A stretch of DNA of 64,000 bases from Chitinophaga pinensis. GTDB lineage: Bacteria > Cyanobacteriota > Cyanobacteriia > PCC-6307 > Cyanobiaceae. The DNA is taken from the NCBI GenBank assembly GCA_943371245.1, contig CALRTY020000007.1:46977-110976 (forward strand), given 5' to 3'. The position numbers and the translations under genes are program-made. This document shows positions 60,970 through 64,000 of the stretch, one piece after another. The notes under the pieces are model-generated. The model was given only the letters and a program-made list of their open reading frames with translations. It searched no databases and was not told the DNA's origin. The stretch's first letter is position 1. Each line of letters begins with the position of its first letter.

Positions 60970-62232
60970 TCAGAAGGACAGACTATCGATGGGAATCCCC
61001 TGCTGAATCTGTTCTATGAAGCGATGAAATGGAGGGCGATCGACGGCCATGCAGGTGGTCATTAATTTAGCGAATAGGCTTGGCACCGGCACTGGCTCAG
61101 TCCGCAGACTAGGATAAAGCAGAAAGGGAGGTCGTTCGTCGTCGTGACTAACCTTAGAAAGATAACGCTCGGCATTTTGGCTGATCACTAGTTGAGGCCT
61201 AAAACCTAACACAATTTCATCATGGACATAGCGACTACGACAGAATAGCACCATTCCAAAGATGCGCGTCATCATGGGAACCAGGCCCCGGGCAAGGCTA
61301 TCGCCAAAGACCAAAGCTCTAGGGCTATTGCCGACAAGACTGGGATTGACGAAAATATCGCAAATACCATCATTGGCAGTAACTAATTGATTGTTGAAGC
61401 GCGTGATTGGCCGAGGTGGCAAAAACGAGATCCTTGTCTCTTTGCGAGGCGGATCCAGCTTGGAGCCCAAATCACCACTCCAAACCCCCTGCTTGATGAT
61501 ATTCTTCATTACCCATGGGCGTAACACAGCTAGATCGATCGACGAGCTTAGCGCTTGACTGGGGCAATTGCCCCCAATACCAGCGCTCCCAGGGCTGGTT
61601 GAATTAACAGAACTTACCGCGACAGCTTCTAGATTATTTCCAGCTTTTGAGGGGTTACCCCTACCGGAAACACCTCCAAGTACCTGACATGCTTTGTTTG
61701 CATTACCGGCAAAAGGCTCCTGTCTTATCGCTAATTCAAGGATGGCTTCCAGGCAGCAAAGAAAGCCCAGCGGCGTGCAGTGACTGTCAACCCGCGAATA
61801 CACTTGTTGGGGTTCACACCTCAGGGCATCTAGCGGATAACTGAAGTGGGGGGAAATATTCTTGTATACGGCCAGGCCAATGGCCTGCTTATAGCGCTTT
61901 AGAATGGGAGTTCCGATGGCAATAGGGAAATTTTCTCTTAGTACGAAGGCCTTATCAGGCGACACTAGGTGCACGTAGGCCGCCCCAATTTGCCGGCAGA
62001 GTGCCTGGCGCCGCTGCAGGTTTCCCCAGAAATTGTCAATAGAGCTGGCGTCTGGTTCGATCTCTCCCTTGAGAAAGGCCAGGGGTCGATGGGGGCCACC
62101 AGTGAGGAAAAGGTAATCATCGCTACCTTCGGTTACCATTGGATGATCGCTCACTTCTGAAGTTGAGGTGGATGCCTTTTGCCAGACAGATTGGACTATC
62201 CTACCGTCATCACCAACCCGGGCGGGAGGCAC
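60970..62232 (-). CDS. AlgX/AlgJ-like SGNH-domain protein (putative polysaccharide O-acyltransferase, tentative)
   Basis: GSDDYLFLTGG, LVSPDKAFVLRENFP and LVFGDSLARGL resemble AlgJ/AlgX signature blocks. Confidence 0.4.
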   Translation of the reverse strand: MPPARVGDDGRIVQSVWQKASTSTSEVSDHPMVTEGSDDYLFLTGGPHRPLAFLKGEIEPDASSIDNFWGNLQRRQALCRQIGAAYVHLVSPDKAFVLRENFPIAIGTPILKRYKQAIGLAVYKNISPHFSYPLDALRCEPQQVYSRVDSHCTPLGFLCCLEAILELAIRQEPFAGNANKACQVLGGVSGRGNPSKAGNNLEAVAVSSVNSTSPGSAGIGGNCPSQALSSSIDLAVLRPWVMKNIIKQGVWSGDLGSKLDPPRKETRISFLPPRPITRFNNQLVTANDGICDIFVNPSLVGNSPRALVFGDSLARGLVPMMTRIFGMVLFCRSRYVHDEIVLGFRPQLVISQNAERYLSKVSHDDERPPFLLYPSLRTEPVPVPSLFAKLMTTCMAVDRPPFHRFIEQIQQGIPIDSLSF

Positions 62233-62796
62233 TGGTCTGGATTTTAGCGTTGATTATATGGGTAATTTGCCTCCCAGGGCACTGTAGGGACTACATGGCA
62301 ATACCTGCCGAGCAGGCAGCCCAGGCTGATTTCCGCCTACCTGCCATCGCCGTTGGCACGCGGCTGCAGCGCTTCTCAAAATTCGCCGAGAAGTCTGCGG
62401 CTGCATATTTGACCGTCTGCCATATCCCCACGAGAATACAGCCCTAGGAGAATATAGTCATAGAAGAACTTTCGGCCAGACCAGCCAATCCTGATCTCCT
62501 CTTGCATAAATCGAGCCACAAAACCAGCTGAGATGCATTGGCATTCATGATCCGAGCAGCCGAGAATTTATACGAACCGCACCAGCTGCATCTGGAACTT
62601 GCCGGGGCCGCCAGGCTTCTGCATAGCAGTACTGCTGGCACAGCTCCAGCTTGGCTTGGCCCTAGTCCAGCTGCTACTGCTTCCACTGGCTCACCTGGAT
62701 CGGCTCGCAATGCAAGCTGGGCGGCATTGGGCAAGCCCACCTGCGTGATCAACCTCAGTTTTTACCTAGCTAAGTTTTTCGGATTGTTGGGGCCTT

Positions 62797-63969
62797 TCAG
62801 GCTTCGCGAAGTTGTTTCATGGCCTGGATTCGTTGGTTGGCGTTGAAGAATAGGCGCGCTGCTGTGGGCGCTTTATAGCCGGGAAGCTCCAGATTTTGTC
62901 CTAGCCAGTGGGGTAGGTCTTGGGCCCTAACCAAGCGCATGCCGGCGGGGGCGGGCTGGTCGGCTAACTGGGGCGCCAGCCAGTTGGCGATTGCCTGGCT
63001 TAGGGGCACTTCCCGGGTGGCGTCCCAGCGGCTATAAGCCTCCCCTCGCAGCACGGTGCGACATGCCTGCTCCAGGGCGGCTCCGATCGCCGGGTGGCGC
63101 GGGCGGGCCGCCAGCAGGGGCAGCTGCAGTTGACCGAGTGCGTCTGATACCACCACCAAGCCGGCTCCACCGCCCAGCAGCAGATCAAGGGGCTGGAGAG
63201 TCAAGCTGCGAGGTTCCAGCACCACGCCGCCATAGCGCCAGATCAGGGCCATGGCCATCAGGTCGCCACGGCTGATGTGATCGTTGATGCAGGAGGCTGC
63301 TGCCTGCACCAATTTGGGTAGATCAGCCCACTGATTGTCGGCGGTGGTGGCGGTGGCCTGGCGCGTATCAAATAGCCAACCTGGATTGATTAGCCGGCAG
63401 TGCTGCTGGAGATCCTGTTCGCTGCTGGGGCGGCTGTCGCCTGGTGCCTTGAGCAGCCACAGGCGCCGGGGAATCAGCCCTTCCGGATCTGGTTGATTGG
63501 GCTTTGTGATCGGCCCTAGGGGCTTGGCCAGGGCCCGGATCAGGGCGAAGGAGGTGACCGTGGGACCGCCATTGCTGAGGTGCAACTTCGCCAAGCTGGC
63601 TGCACTGGCCTCCTCTCCCAGCTTGACCAGCTCCTCGGCTAGGGCGGCGTCGGACCCCAGCTCCAGGCGCCATTGCCGCAGCGGTTCGGCGCCGACACGC
63701 TTTAGCTGATCTTTATCTTCGCTGGCTGCCAATAGCTCGCGTATGCGCTTGAGGTGCGTTTCGGCACCGCGCAGGTCGGCCGTGGCTAGGGCAATCCGAT
63801 GGGCCAAGGTTAGGGACTGTTCGCGGCGGCTAACCAGCTCTAGGCCTGGGCTATCGGCATCGATCGTCGAGGCCAATTGCCGCGCCTTTTGCAGTTGGCC
63901 GCGCCCTAATGCCAGGCGCATGGCGGTATAACTGCGCTCGCGTCGGGCTGGGGCATTGCTGGCGTCCAT
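62797..63969 (-). CDS. TPR-like N-terminus + GT32/Caps_synth-like sugar-transferase domain lacking the DXD motif (tentative)
   Basis: IPRRLWLL...INPGWLF...ISRGDLMAMALIWRYGGVVLEP parallels IPKxIHQxW...NPxW...SDxxRxxxLxxxGGxYxDxD, but the final acidic pair is replaced by EP. Confidence 0.4.
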   Translation of the reverse strand: MDASNAPARRERSYTAMRLALGRGQLQKARQLASTIDADSPGLELVSRREQSLTLAHRIALATADLRGAETHLKRIRELLAASEDKDQLKRVGAEPLRQWRLELGSDAALAEELVKLGEEASAASLAKLHLSNGGPTVTSFALIRALAKPLGPITKPNQPDPEGLIPRRLWLLKAPGDSRPSSEQDLQQHCRLINPGWLFDTRQATATTADNQWADLPKLVQAAASCINDHISRGDLMAMALIWRYGGVVLEPRSLTLQPLDLLLGGGAGLVVVSDALGQLQLPLLAARPRHPAIGAALEQACRTVLRGEAYSRWDATREVPLSQAIANWLAPQLADQPAPAGMRLVRAQDLPHWLGQNLELPGYKAPTAARLFFNANQRIQAMKQLREA

Positions 63970-64000
63970 GGCGGAGACGGCCTGATCCGCCTCGGCTGCC

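Overview
GC-rich cyanobacterial chromosome segment. It looks like a picocyanobacterium of the Synechococcus/Cyanobium type, based on HIP1 GCGATCGC palindromes (e.g. 12154-12170), CP12, a cyAbrB regulator, GTA-N8-TAC NtcA boxes and urtABCDE. Layout: (i) 1-7.7 kb is a TPR/glycosyltransferase island. (ii) 7.7-35 kb holds housekeeping genes (cysS, tRNA-Val, mazG, arfB, beta-carbonic anhydrase, speE-speB, gcvT, aspS, dps, pyrG, queE ... queC-pabB-pabC). This block is interrupted at 29.75-31.0 kb by a visibly AT-richer islet next to ecotin, carrying two paralogous small peptide genes with double-glycine-type leaders; the first is below the ORF-track size cutoff and the second appears there only as the 3' part of the longer ORF 30126..30497. 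(iii) 35.4-56.4 kb is a nitrogen-scavenging neighbourhood: fmdA-fmdB with an NtcA box, urtABCDE with a canonical NtcA promoter, and ureE-F-G plus divergent ureD but no ureABC. It ends in a Nit1C-type cluster (flavin monooxygenase, Sll0783-like protein, nitrilase, radical-SAM-family protein, GNAT, AIR-synthase-like protein, MSMEG_0570-like protein). The product of that cluster type is, to my knowledge, unknown. (iv) A LuxR-type response regulator, a small RHH protein and glxK follow. (v) 59.8-64 kb is a second glycan-modification island. Degenerate tandem arrays of about 12-30 bp fill most intergenic spacers and have entered ORFs in frame (gcvT, ureF, ureE, the monooxygenase N-terminus, a hydrolase leader). 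I recognised no CRISPR, rRNA, transposase or integrase. Many long ORFs in the track are GC-driven shadow frames. All family assignments come from motif recognition by eye, not database searches.
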